Part shown: piece after piece, positions 33,368-43,217 of the stretch
How the letters are laid out: the number at the start of each line of letters is the position of its first letter
Numbering within the stretch: position 1 is the stretch's first letter
DNA from: Nitrospirota bacterium
GTDB taxonomy: Bacteria > Nitrospirota > UBA9217
Direction: 5' to 3'
Assembly (NCBI GenBank): GCA_963818475.1
Contig: CAWFSF010000006.1
Coordinates: 512,001-576,000 of the forward strand
DNA length: 64,000 nt
Program-made: the position numbers and the translations under genes
The notes under the pieces: model-generated
What the model was told of the DNA's origin: nothing
The model's input: the letters and a program-made list of their open reading frames with translations, nothing else
The model's database searches: none

Positions 33368-34391
33368 GTGGGATGGGTCAAAGACAAAATTGTCGGGAAT
33401 TTTAACATGGTTAAGGAACGGCTGAAAGAGCCGCTCTCCTTAAAGGCAAAGTTATTGATCATCAGCCTAGCTGTTGATCATCGTTGGCGGCGGCGGGTTC
33501 ATCGCTTTCAAGTTTTACGATTTTACCCAGAACAATCCGAAGTTCTGCGTTGGCTGTCATTTGATGCAGCCGGCATACGACAGCTGGGCACAGAGCGAAC
33601 ATAAGCAGCTTAACTGTCATGACTGTCATCACCTGACCATCATAGAGCAGAACCAGCTGCTGATCAGCTTTGTGCTGAAGCGCCCGACTACAGTGCCCGA
33701 GCGCCACAAAGATCATGTCATCGTAAGTCAGAAATACTGCAATCAGTGCCATACGGCAGGTGGAAAGGGCGGCCAGATCAATAAATCGCTCTTCCATGCC
33801 AAGCATGTGTATATGGAGCAGATCGAGTGCACCCAGTGCCACGGCGAGGTGAAGGCCGATAAGTCCGGGCTCCACCATTTCCTGCCCACGGAAAAGTTCT
33901 GCCAGAAATGCCATCCGGGCAAAGCGGTGCATGGTGAAGGCATGGGCGGACTTGCCTGTCTTAACTGCCATACCGACCGGACCAAGGACCTCAGGCCGGG
34001 ACGGAAAAAGTGCCTCTACTGCCACAGTAATAACGAGAATATCCGCAAGGAACTGAAAGAAGACGCTACCATGGATGTTCGTTTCTTCGCACCCGATGCA
34101 GCGACCATCAAAAAAGCAAAGAAGATCTCGTTTGATGAAAAGGCACCTATGCAGTTCTACTGCTATGAATGCCACAAGCCTCATACGGCGGGCAAGGTGA
34201 AGCCGAGTAACGAGGACTGCCTGCGGTGCCATATGGGCGTGTCCAAGATCGGCAAACACAAGGTCCATCTCAATATGGACATGCAGTGCAAGGATTGCCA
34301 CAAGCCGCATATCTGGAAAGTGACCGAGGCTTCGGCCAAGAAGGACTGCGTCCAGTGCCATGAGTACCGGAGCCCGAAAACGTTTCTCTAG
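33368..34391 (+). CDS. Membrane-anchored 11-heme cytochrome c with NapC/NirT-like N-terminus (indel near 33469)
   Basis: 11 CxxCH motifs in ORF 33474-34391; TM anchor split across two frames. Confidence 0.85.
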
Positions 34392-34492
34392 GATCATCCC
34401 GGTGTCTTGACGGGCGGCAGCATGAATGGATTCCCAACTCGCGCCCGTGCAGTGTATAAATCATTCTATCGATGAAAGGAGGTGAAACTATA

Positions 34493-34813
34493 ATGAAAAA
34501 GCTTCTCGTAATCGCAATCGTCATGATCGTGACCTTCGTTCTTTCCGTTTCGGCATTCGCAGTTCCGGCGGGCAAGACCGTAGAGTTCGACGGCAAGGGC
34601 GGCGGCAAGGTGGTGTTTGACGGCAAGGCTCACGCCGACAAGGGCCTCAAGTGCGCTGATTGTCATCCGGGCAACTTCAAGATGAAGAAGGGCGATGCAG
34701 TGATCACCATGAAGGACATGGAGGCCGGCAAGAACTGTGGCGCATGCCACAACGGCACCAAGGCTTTCAGCGTGAAGGATGCAGCCAACTGTGCAAAGTG
34801 CCACAAGAAGTAA
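34493..34813 (+). CDS. Triheme cytochrome c7-like periplasmic protein
   Basis: Signal peptide, VFDGKAH, CADCH, CGACH, CAKCH. Confidence 0.9.
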   Translation: MKKLLVIAIVMIVTFVLSVSAFAVPAGKTVEFDGKGGGKVVFDGKAHADKGLKCADCHPGNFKMKKGDAVITMKDMEAGKNCGACHNGTKAFSVKDAANCAKCHKK

Positions 34814-34836
34814 GTTGAATGTCTTTATCAGGCAAC

Positions 34837-34872
34837 AAAAAACCCTCACGAGCATATCGTGAGGGTTTTTTT
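34837..34872. terminator. Bidirectional intrinsic terminator
   Basis: A6-CCCTCACGA...TCGTGAGGG-T7. Confidence 0.85.
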
Positions 34873-34877
34873 ATGTG

Positions 34878-34976
34878 TGGCGGGAGAGCATGAGAATCGA
34901 ACTCACCTTTCCTGGCTCACGCCAGGAAACAGCGGATTTGAAGTCCGGGACGGGCACCAGCTCCGTAACCTCTCCC
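34878..34976 (-). tRNA. selC: tRNA-Sec (UCA)
   Basis: Anticodon loop CTTCAAA, long variable arm TTTCCTGGC/GCCAGGAAA, TTCGA T loop, GCCA end. Confidence 0.92.
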
Positions 34977-35384
34977 ATGAGCAAAAAAAGTATACTTGAG
35001 ACATTGCCGGATGGCAAGCAAATTCAACAACACTGTAAGAGCATCGGTTCGTCATCGTGAAGCGTCTGTTCCTGCTTATTCCTCGTCAAAAGATGGACAC
35101 GAAACTCTCCGGGTTCTCTTCTGATAATGGCAGAAAAAAAGAGCTTATCCGACACTCTGCATTGTGGCCTGTCAATTTGGATTTTTTCAGGCTGAACGCA
35201 CGGTTATTGACAAATTAGACGATTTCTTGTATCGTGGCCTTGCATTGATCAACAAAATCTTTCTTGACTGCGGTACGCGGCGGACGCTTGGGAACGATCA
35301 CTCGGACGATGGTACGCTCCGGGTGAATTATCCATGATCCCGTCCACACTACGCATCTTGTTATAGTAACAGCGGAGACGAAGC

Positions 35385-36080
35385 GTGATACCGCTCAGGG
35401 ACATAAATCCAACAGAGCGCTTTGCAATTGTAACGCTGCTGCTGGTCATCGCGAACAGTGCGGTGTTTTTTTATGAATTGACGCTAGGCCGGACCGGTGG
35501 AGAACTGTTCTTGTCCTCCTACGCCCTGATCCCCGCGAGGCTCTTCTCTCCCGCGGTGCTCAACGACGGGTCGTTGCCGGCTGCCGCAACGATCATCACT
35601 TCAATGTTTCTGCACGGCGGAATCCCTCATATTGCCGGCAATATGCTCTACCTCTGGATATTTGGCAATAATATTGAGGACGCCATGGGCCGCTTGCGGT
35701 TCATTCTATTTTACCTGGTCTGCGGCACGGTGGCTGCGATGACCCATGCTTTCGCGAACACATCTTCGATCATTCCGATGATCGGAGCAAGTGGCGCTGT
35801 CTCCGGCGTGCTCGGTGCCTATGCGATCCTTTACCCGAGAGCCCGGGTCGTGACGCTGGTGTTCTTCGGTTTCTACATTCGGACCATGGAAATACCGGCA
35901 CTGTTTGTGCTGGGCTCCTGGTTCGTGATACAGTTTTTGAGCGCTCTGTCTGCATCTTCAGGTGGTGGGATTGCCTGGTATGCCCATGTCGGCGGATTTG
36001 TGACGGGGATGATCCTGATCGGTCTATTTAAGCGAAGCGAAGTTCCCTATGGCGGTGGAAGGAGATCTCACTCCCTATGA
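35385..36080 (+). CDS. Rhomboid family intramembrane serine protease
   Basis: TSMFLHGG, GNMLYLW, GASGA, AHVGG. Confidence 0.93.
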   Translation: MIPLRDINPTERFAIVTLLLVIANSAVFFYELTLGRTGGELFLSSYALIPARLFSPAVLNDGSLPAAATIITSMFLHGGIPHIAGNMLYLWIFGNNIEDAMGRLRFILFYLVCGTVAAMTHAFANTSSIIPMIGASGAVSGVLGAYAILYPRARVVTLVFFGFYIRTMEIPALFVLGSWFVIQFLSALSASSGGGIAWYAHVGGFVTGMILIGLFKRSEVPYGGGRRSHSL

Positions 36081-37147
36081 TTGTTCCGTGCGAATGTGGT
36101 GCGAAGCTCAGGGTCGATGATGCTAAGGTCAAGGATAAAAGCGTAAAAGTGCGGTGTCCCCGGTGCGGCAATGTCCTGTTGGTGCATAAACAACCGGCAG
36201 AGCGCGTTAGCGGCCAGCCCGCCAAAACTGCTGCTCTCCGACCGTCGGGCGCTCCCCTGGTGCTTGTCGCACATGATAGTGAGGTTGTCAGAACCATGAT
36301 CACGGGAGTGCTTCAGGATGCGGATTTTACCGTGGACACGGCCTGCAACGGCCATGAAGCGCTTAAAAAGGCGATCAATTCAAGACCGCAGGCGATGGTT
36401 CTCGATGTAGGGTTGTCCGGCATCTACGGCTTTGAATTGTGTGAACGGCTTAAGGGTGATGTGCGGACGTCTGCAATGAAAATCGTGCTCTTGTCGTCGG
36501 TCTATGATATGCGGCGGTATAAACGGACACCGGTAAGTCTCTATGGAGCCGATGACTATATAGAAAAACACCATATTCCTGATTTTTTACCCATTAAGAT
36601 CCGCAAACTTATCCAACCGGGAGAAAACTGCGAGCCAAAGACGGCAAGTGTTTCCTGCGACGCCCCCCCGAAAAAAGAAGCCCCGTCCCGAGAGTTCGAT
36701 CTCTCGTTATTCAAACCGGCAAGTTTAATGAATGCGGAGTCGGAATCGGCGGCTGTCGGTGCTGCGGTTTCAGCGCCAGGGTCCGTTACCGTTCGCGCTG
36801 ACACGCCTGATAGTTCTGCCATATCACCGGAGTCGCTTAGCCTTGAAGCGTCCATCTTTCAAAAAGAAGAGTGCGATATCCCGACCGTGGATGCAGCGGA
36901 CCCTGAAGCAACGGAAAAGGCCAGGCGTTTTGCAAGGATCATCGTGTCGGATATTGCGTTGTATAACCAGGATGCCGTTGTAGATGGTTTGCAAAACGGC
37001 ACCTTTTATGATTTGCTCAGGAACGATGTGACTGAGGGCAGGGAACTCTATGAAAAAAGGGTTCCAGCCGCGGTCAGGGCAAAAAAGGATTACTACCAGG
37101 AAGCATTTGATAATTTTATTAAGACACAAAAGAAGATTGTTCGTTGA
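36077..37147 (+). CDS. Response regulator with N-terminal zinc-ribbon domain
   Basis: CECG...CPRC, atypical REC domain, C-terminal ARRFARIIVSDIALYN. Confidence 0.8.
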   Translation: MIVPCECGAKLRVDDAKVKDKSVKVRCPRCGNVLLVHKQPAERVSGQPAKTAALRPSGAPLVLVAHDSEVVRTMITGVLQDADFTVDTACNGHEALKKAINSRPQAMVLDVGLSGIYGFELCERLKGDVRTSAMKIVLLSSVYDMRRYKRTPVSLYGADDYIEKHHIPDFLPIKIRKLIQPGENCEPKTASVSCDAPPKKEAPSREFDLSLFKPASLMNAESESAAVGAAVSAPGSVTVRADTPDSSAISPESLSLEASIFQKEECDIPTVDAADPEATEKARRFARIIVSDIALYNQDAVVDGLQNGTFYDLLRNDVTEGRELYEKRVPAAVRAKKDYYQEAFDNFIKTQKKIVR

Positions 37148-37172
37148 CAACTGAATTGACTTAGTATAGTAT
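37144..37172 (+). promoter_or_regulatory. Sigma70 promoter of tRNA-Pro
   Basis: TTGACA-N17-TAGTAT. Confidence 0.65.
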
Positions 37173-37181
37173 ACGGGCTTG

Positions 37182-37259
<78 letters not shown>

Positions 37260-37728
37260 TTTTTTCCCATATAGTATCTTGCAGCAGAGACGATATTTAC
37301 GCTGAACATCGGGAGCCGATTCGCGATGCCCTTGTGCGGGCCTGTTCTCAATGCGTGACCACCGTGCTATTCAGAAGCGTGACCGGAGTCATTCAACAAT
37401 GCTTCCACAGGTCTTATTTCGATGTTCGGGTCGCGGGTTTCGCCCGGTTATTGCCTCCCCCCTGGTGTACAGCAGCCAACCATAATCATTTTTTACTGAT
37501 GACCGGATTTCAGGAGCAGGTTCATATCATGCTTGCTCAGACCTCGGTCAGACCGATGCTGCAGGATAGTAGGCAAAACATATCCTGCATGCCAATCAGG
37601 GTTGGCTTTGTTGCAAACCAGGTTTATTACCGGACAGGCGCTTCCGGTGTTGCCGCAGGTGGCGGACTTTCTGATGATATAAAAGGGGCATTGCTACATC
37701 CCTTTTTTTGCCACCCCAAGAGGTATTC

Positions 37729-38682
37729 ATGAGTGAGAGGGAAAAGTCGGTCGATGACATGATGGGTGAGGAACCCTATAGCGAGGAAATTGAAGAAAAA
37801 AATGAGGTAGAGAAAAAAAACAGCAGTGAGGCTGAAGAGAGCGCTTCGGGACGAGGCCTCGATGCCATCAAGTTTTACCTCAAGGAAATACGCAAGACGC
37901 CGCTCCTTAACTTCGATCAAGAACAAGAACTGGCAAAACGTATCGCCCAGGGAGATCAGAGTGCCCGCGCCAAGATGATCGAGGCCAATCTGCGTCTCGT
38001 TGTTGCCATCGGCAAGAAGTACATCAACCGGGGCCTTCAGTTCTCCGATATCATTGAAGAAGGGAATCTGGGGCTCATTCGGGCAGTTGAGAAATTTCAA
38101 TACGAACGCGGTTTCAAATTCAGCACCTATGCCTCATGGTGGATCAAGCAGTCCATCGAGCGGGCCATCGTGAACCAGACGAGGACCATCCGCCTTCCGG
38201 TCCACATTGCCGAGATCGTTAACTCGTATATGCGCGCCACGCGACAGTTGACGCAGTCCCTGGGGCGTGATCCGCAGATCGAAGAGATCGCGAAAAAAAT
38301 GGGAAAAACCGTCGAGAAGGTGCGAAGCATCTCGCAGGTGGTGCGGGAGACCTACTCCCTGGACATGCTGATCGGCGATCAGGAGGAAGATACCCTCAAG
38401 GACATCCTGCAGGACACCAACGCTCTCTCTCCCGCCAGTCTTTCAGATGATAAACGCAGACGAGAGCATATCGACGAATGGCTTACCAAACTTACCGTAT
38501 CCGAACGGAAGGTCGTCGAGATGCGCTTCGGTCTCGTGGACGGGGAGCCACAGACCCTGGACAGCATCGGGAAGGAATTTCACATCACCCGGGAGCGGGT
38601 CCGTCAGATCGAGACCCAGGCGCTCAAAAAATTGCGAGACATCACGAGGCGGAAAAAGATCGATTTTGAGGAGATGGTGTAA
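37729..38682 (+). CDS. Group 2 sigma70 factor (RpoS-like)
   Basis: [32 protein letters not shown]; lacks the long RpoD region 1.1. Confidence 0.9.
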   Translation: MSEREKSVDDMMGEEPYSEEIEEKNEVEKKNSSEAEESASGRGLDAIKFYLKEIRKTPLLNFDQEQELAKRIAQGDQSARAKMIEANLRLVVAIGKKYINRGLQFSDIIEEGNLGLIRAVEKFQYERGFKFSTYASWWIKQSIERAIVNQTRTIRLPVHIAEIVNSYMRATRQLTQSLGRDPQIEEIAKKMGKTVEKVRSISQVVRETYSLDMLIGDQEEDTLKDILQDTNALSPASLSDDKRRREHIDEWLTKLTVSERKVVEMRFGLVDGEPQTLDSIGKEFHITRERVRQIETQALKKLRDITRRKKIDFEEMV

Positions 38683-38775
38683 TAAATTCTGAATACGGAA
38701 TTGAGAATGCAGAATTATAATAAGACAAAACTACGGATTTTTTACTCCGCATTCGCTATTTCTCATTACAATACC

Positions 38776-38852
38776 GCCCCTGTAGCTCAGGTGGATAGAG
38801 CAACGGTTTCCTAAACCGTGTGCCGGAAGTTCGAATCTTCCCAGGGGCACCA
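38776..38852 (+). tRNA. tRNA-Arg (CCT); integration site
   Basis: Cloverleaf, anticodon arm ACGGT-TTCCTAA-ACCGT, CCA end. Confidence 0.96.
38808..38852 (+). repeat. attL core (45 bp)
   Basis: TTCCTAAACCGTGTGCCGGAAGTTCGAATCTTCCCAGGGGCACCA, identical to 52631-52675. Confidence 0.97.
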
Positions 38853-38860
38853 ATTTTAAG

Positions 38861-40072
38861 TTATTTCAATGACTTGGATTTAGGAAAAGACAGCAGAACT
38901 TCTCTACCTGGGCCTGTACCTGTGCCTTTGGCAAGGTTTGCAGTCTCTTCTTTATGCTTCTGTTCCAGCTTTTCCCTTAGCTTCCGGTGATACTGCGTCA
39001 CCTTATCCGCAGCCTCTTTTAAATCTTCCTCGCTCGTGATGTTGTACCGGTCGAAGACTGACCGCGTTTTGTGACCGCTTACCCGCATCGCGGTTGTTTC
39101 GGGGACCCCGCTACGTATAAGGTTCCTGACCCCGGTCCTGCGAAGATCATGAAAGAGCTTTTCGCTTAACCCTGCCTGCTTGCACGCTGTTGTCCAGGCC
39201 TTACGGCCGTCCTGCTTGATCTTGTGACCGTCGCGGAAAAAAACATATTGGCAGTCCGGAAATTGCTGCTCATGTAGCGCATACTGATTTGAAATCGCCT
39301 CATAGAGCTCACCCGTGAGGTAAATGATACGCGACTCATCGGTCTTCGTGTTGTCCGCGTCAAGGGTGATCTTGCCTTCCTCGAGGCTTACGTTTTGCCA
39401 GGTAATGGACATGAGTTCACCCCGACGAACGCCTGTGTGATACGCTGTTATCAAAACGGGCTTCAGGTATTCCGGCAGCCTCTCGAGGAGCTTCACATAG
39501 TCGCTGTACTCGAAGAAGCCCTGCCGGGCATTGTTCTCCTTTAGCATGGCGATATGAGGGGGATTGATGACCGTCGGCGGGCTTTGACGGGCGCCCAAGT
39601 TGAACATGCGCCTCAACGCGCTGAGCTCCCGATTTATTGTTCCATTTTCGGCGTCTTCTTTTTGCCGCTTCCGGATGTAGCTGGATATCTGTCCGGACTG
39701 GATATCCGCAACTCTTCTCCCGCCGAAATGCTTTCTCAGGTTGTCTATCAGCGACTTGAGCCGCGATACGGATTTTCTCCCGTTCATCTCGTAGTCATCG
39801 ATCATGTATTGCGCGATGTCGTCAAAGGTGGTTTTCTTGACTGCCAAGCCGGGGAAGGTATTTGTCGCTACCTGTCCTTCCCGGAGTGCCAGGACTTTCC
39901 GCGCATGATCGTAAGACGTTGACTCCGTGCTTTCACGGTACGGTTTCCCGTCCCTGTAATACTTTATCCAGTACGTTTTACCTTCTCGGGTGACGGTCTT
40001 GCCGTTCGCGGCCTTAATGGGCTTACCGTCCGCGTCCTTGCATGCATGTTTACGCTTGAAGATGCTTCCCAT
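38861..40072 (-). CDS. Tyrosine integrase
   Basis: [18 protein letters not shown]...RY catalytic residues; next to attL. Confidence 0.96.
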   Translation of the reverse strand: MGSIFKRKHACKDADGKPIKAANGKTVTREGKTYWIKYYRDGKPYRESTESTSYDHARKVLALREGQVATNTFPGLAVKKTTFDDIAQYMIDDYEMNGRKSVSRLKSLIDNLRKHFGGRRVADIQSGQISSYIRKRQKEDAENGTINRELSALRRMFNLGARQSPPTVINPPHIAMLKENNARQGFFEYSDYVKLLERLPEYLKPVLITAYHTGVRRGELMSITWQNVSLEEGKITLDADNTKTDESRIIYLTGELYEAISNQYALHEQQFPDCQYVFFRDGHKIKQDGRKAWTTACKQAGLSEKLFHDLRRTGVRNLIRSGVPETTAMRVSGHKTRSVFDRYNITSEEDLKEAADKVTQYHRKLREKLEQKHKEETANLAKGTGTGPGREVLLSFPKSKSLK

Positions 40073-40073
40073 T

Positions 40074-40310
40074 CTATTTGCTCACCTCCTTACCCCTTGG
40101 CGGCCGGCCCCGGAGAGGCTTCTCAGTCCTCTTTTTCGTGCATGCAAGGGCAAGATGCAGAAAAGAGGGGATCTCTCTTTCTCCGTTTTCCCATCGGCTG
40201 ATGGTGACAACAGAGACTCCCAGGACTTTGGCAATCATACTTTGGCTATAGTTGTTTTTCTTTCGCCAAGTCTTGAGATCTTCGGGACTCATGGGGTAAG
40301 TATAATTCAA
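40074..40310 (-). CDS. XRE-family HTH protein
   Basis: [23 protein letters not shown]. Confidence 0.88.
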   Translation of the reverse strand: MNYTYPMSPEDLKTWRKKNNYSQSMIAKVLGVSVVTISRWENGEREIPSFLHLALACTKKRTEKPLRGRPPRGKEVSK

Positions 40311-40336
40311 GCATTAACCAAATGTCAATAGATATT

Positions 40337-40597
40337 TTAGAAATGATTTACGGTCTTACGGCTCTCGATCCAACTGTCCATATCGCCTCGGTCTAGATGG
40401 ATACGCCGGCCGTCTTTGATGAAGGGAATCTTCCCGGCCCATAACATTTCACGGACAGCACAGACGGTCCGTCCCAGGTAGTGCGCTGCTTCCGGGATGC
40501 TAAAAAGCCGCTTCGGCAAGAAATCGTCAGTCGCTGCGTTCGTTTTCGTTACATTATCTTTCATCGTATTATTTGAGTTATCGAGTGAACCTTGCAT
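40337..40597 (-). CDS. Excisionase-like HTH protein
   Basis: LFSIPEAAHYLG...GKIPFIKDGRRIHLDRGDMDSWI. Confidence 0.88.
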   Translation of the reverse strand: MQGSLDNSNNTMKDNVTKTNAATDDFLPKRLFSIPEAAHYLGRTVCAVREMLWAGKIPFIKDGRRIHLDRGDMDSWIESRKTVNHF

Positions 40598-40604
40598 AAT
40601 TCGG

Positions 40605-42188
40605 CTACGCCGTTGATATCGTCAGCTGCACGTTCCGGTCGCCTGCCCGGTTAATCGCCGGGATGACCTCGTTCTCCATGAGGCTGTCCCAGTATTCCTT
40701 GGTTCCGAGTCCGTTCTGAACATTGATCGTGATCTGCTGTCCGCCTGCGGCCTTGCTGTCCGCTCCGGCGATCGGGGGCAGGCCCGTTCCCGGGGACACG
40801 GGGTAGGTGCCCACGCCTCCGCCAGCGGAGATGCTGCCGCCCCCGCCGCCTCCTCCGTCCATGCTTTGGGACCGGATGGCCTTGACCTGGGCCATGCCCA
40901 TGGCGATAGCCGCTGCGGCCGCCAGGGCGCCGAGCACGGGGCCGACGTAGGGGATGCTGGCCATGGAATCGAAGGCCTTGATGGCGGCAGAATAGGTGCT
41001 GATCAACGCTTGGGCCGTGGCCGTCGCCTTGTAGATGCTGAAATACTTCCGGGCATGCGCCCCGCCCTGCTCGGACATCATCTTGGCGGCGGTGACGAAG
41101 TTTGTGGCTGCGGCATTGGCGGCCGCGATCCGCATCAGCTTGGTCTTTTCTTCCTGCTGCGCCATCATGGCCTGGCGTGCCATGTCGCGGTTGGCGTACT
41201 CCTGGCTGATGGCGTCCTGCGCGGCCTTGGCATCTCCCCAGGTGGCGGTCTCCTGCTGCAGCCGGGCCATCTTAGCCTCTGCCTGCAGGTCGAACTGGGC
41301 CAGCTCCAGGTTGTCCATCTCCACCTGGCTGGCGCCCTTGGCGGCGATCATGGTTCTGAAGGAGTTTACATATTCGGCGTCTCCTGCGAGGCGGCCGGCG
41401 GCGGTTAACTTAGAAGGGTTATAGTTTTCATAGGTAATCTTATTACTTAATCCCGCACGGTATGTTTGGTCGGCGGCTATCTGCTGCTTCATAATTGCTA
41501 TTGATGCAATGGATTCCCTGTTTTGTTCGCGGATCTGACTGGTACGTTCCTGCTCCATGGCAGCAGTGATGCCATATTCGGCGTCGTACCCTTTCAGTGC
41601 CTCCGTGCTGTACTTTACAACATGAGTTTTGGTTTTAAGTGCATCCTCTAAATCATTGAGCGCTTTCTTCTCGTCCCGGAGTTGTTTATCCATCTCCAAC
41701 TTCAGTAGCTCGCGCTTTGCGAGGAGAAGATTGTATGTGGCTTTCTTAGATTCCTCGGACGCCCCGGAATGGGCATAGAGTTCCTGAACCGCACCACGAA
41801 GCGTTGTTACATTTCGTTGCGTCTGTTCTACATCATGCTTCTTGGCCGCGGCTAAGTGGTTATAAGCCATGACCGACGCGCCAATGATAATCGAGACCGC
41901 TCCAAAGGCAACGGCAAAGCGGCCTGCGCCGGCGACGACGTCTTCAACAACATTGCCGAGCATGCGTGCGGCCTGGCCGGTGATGCCAATTTTCCCCCCG
42001 GCAGTTTCGGCGACCTCGCCCAAGCCCCAAAAGGCAAGTCTTCCAGCAGTACCCGCCTTTTCCGTACGCTTGCCGGTATCCTCGGCCTTATCTCCCATAT
42101 CGCCGATATCGGCCTTGGCCTTACGGAGGGTATCCTCTGCCAGGTTCAACGCCCGGATGACTACCTTAATGTCGCGTTCACTTCCCAT
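40605..42188 (-). CDS. Phage tail tape measure-like protein (527 aa)
   Basis: DIKVVIRA N-terminus, Ala/Gly-rich helical body, ASIPYVGPVLGALAAAAA and ITINVQ C-terminal motifs; follows a chaperone pair. Confidence 0.8.
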   Translation of the reverse strand: MGSERDIKVVIRALNLAEDTLRKAKADIGDMGDKAEDTGKRTEKAGTAGRLAFWGLGEVAETAGGKIGITGQAARMLGNVVEDVVAGAGRFAVAFGAVSIIIGASVMAYNHLAAAKKHDVEQTQRNVTTLRGAVQELYAHSGASEESKKATYNLLLAKRELLKLEMDKQLRDEKKALNDLEDALKTKTHVVKYSTEALKGYDAEYGITAAMEQERTSQIREQNRESIASIAIMKQQIAADQTYRAGLSNKITYENYNPSKLTAAGRLAGDAEYVNSFRTMIAAKGASQVEMDNLELAQFDLQAEAKMARLQQETATWGDAKAAQDAISQEYANRDMARQAMMAQQEEKTKLMRIAAANAAATNFVTAAKMMSEQGGAHARKYFSIYKATATAQALISTYSAAIKAFDSMASIPYVGPVLGALAAAAAIAMGMAQVKAIRSQSMDGGGGGGGSISAGGGVGTYPVSPGTGLPPIAGADSKAAGGQQITINVQNGLGTKEYWDSLMENEVIPAINRAGDRNVQLTISTA

Positions 42189-42615
42189 TCGGCACCTTTG
42201 GCATGTTCTTTTTCCGCCACTCTGCTATCTCTCGCTTGTATAACTCGAAGGCTTCAACGAACCAGCAGGGCTGGTCTATCCACGCGCCGGGAAAGGGCAG
42301 TATCCCGGTCTCTTCCACCAGAAAGCAGAACCGCATGAGCTCCGCCGTCTCCTGCGTGATCCAGTTGACAGGGCATTCATAGAGGCGGATATCTCCCAGG
42401 ATGAAGACCTTGTCGAACCCCTTCATTTCCTCTGCGATTTCTTTTCTTTGCTCCTCGGACATACCCCTGAACACAAAGGCTGTTTCGTCCATCTCTCGCA
42501 GGTTGCCACAGTTACGCTTTTCCTGTTGCCGGTCGGAACAATCGTTACAGTCGAATGGGGGCTTCTGGTCTCCGCTGTTCTTCAGCTGGTAGCGGATGCC
42601 CCCGCAGAGTTTTTC
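42178..42615 (-). CDS. Tail assembly chaperone, T (frameshift-extension) part
   Basis: Frame stays open from the A-run at 42610-42614 into ORF 42178-42492; ECPV and LPFPGAWIDQP motifs; overlaps the TMP start. Confidence 0.65.
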   Translation of the reverse strand, partial: EKLCGGIRYQLKNSGDQKPPFDCNDCSDRQQEKRNCGNLREMDETAFVFRGMSEEQRKEIAEEMKGFDKVFILGDIRLYECPVNWITQETAELMRFCFLVEETGILPFPGAWIDQPCWFVEAFELYKREIAEWRKKNMPKVPNGK

Positions 42616-42997
42616 TCTGGCCCTCGGTAAGCCTGGAGCTGCTTTCCATTGCCATGATGATCTCGGTGATCAGATCGTTGTCCGCGGCGTCATAGAGCTC
42701 CGCAGCGGTGGTGATGGACTTGCCGTCGACCGAGTAGTTTTCGACGCCGACGACGTTCTCGACGAACTGTTGGCGCTGGACCTCGCGCGCGACCCGGGTC
42801 TTGAGTTCGACGCGTTTGTTCACGTCCTTTATCCCCCGAATGTCCTCGCCTACCTTGCGTTCAATAATGTTCGCATAGTGCTGAACACGGGCGAAGCTTA
42901 CAAACTTTGTCTTGATGACACAGGGGTTGTCTGATCCCCGCTCGGATTCGGGGGTGTACTCGATGATAGTATCCTGTGAAAAAGAACTTATGGCCAT
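42545..42997 (-). CDS. Tail assembly chaperone, G part
   Basis: Strong SD; VVGVENY motif; LTEGQRK at an A-run; upstream of the TMP. Confidence 0.65.
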   Translation of the reverse strand: MAISSFSQDTIIEYTPESERGSDNPCVIKTKFVSFARVQHYANIIERKVGEDIRGIKDVNKRVELKTRVAREVQRQQFVENVVGVENYSVDGKSITTAAELYDAADNDLITEIIMAMESSSRLTEGQRKTLRGHPLPAEEQRRPEAPIRL

Positions 42998-43158
42998 GGT
43001 GAATCCTCCTGTCTTGTTGAGTGCAATTTGACCTGTGCTTCTGAGACTGCCGAGGTCGAGTTCTTAAAATCGACGACCGCAAAAACGGGGGACCCCGCCT
43101 GCTTTTTTTTCAGTGTATCGATGGCCAGTTCATTTGCGCTGATGACGGCTGTTACCAT
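42988..43158 (-). CDS. Small hypothetical protein (56 aa), not in the ORF track
   Basis: GAGGAGGT SD, MVTAVISANELAIDTLKKKQAGSPVFAVVDFKNS...WP-stop, fills the operon gap. Confidence 0.55.
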   Translation of the reverse strand: MVTAVISANELAIDTLKKKQAGSPVFAVVDFKNSTSAVSEAQVKLHSTRQEDSPWP

Positions 43159-43217
43159 TAGACCTCCTCATAGTGGTTCATTCACCCAGTTGCCGAATCC
43201 CGTCCTGGGTATGACCT

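Noticed and set aside
40605-42188. Pore-forming toxin or colicin interpretation of the Ala-rich hydrophobic C-terminus
   Set aside because: The N- and C-terminal motifs and the position after a G/GT chaperone pair fit a tape measure protein better.
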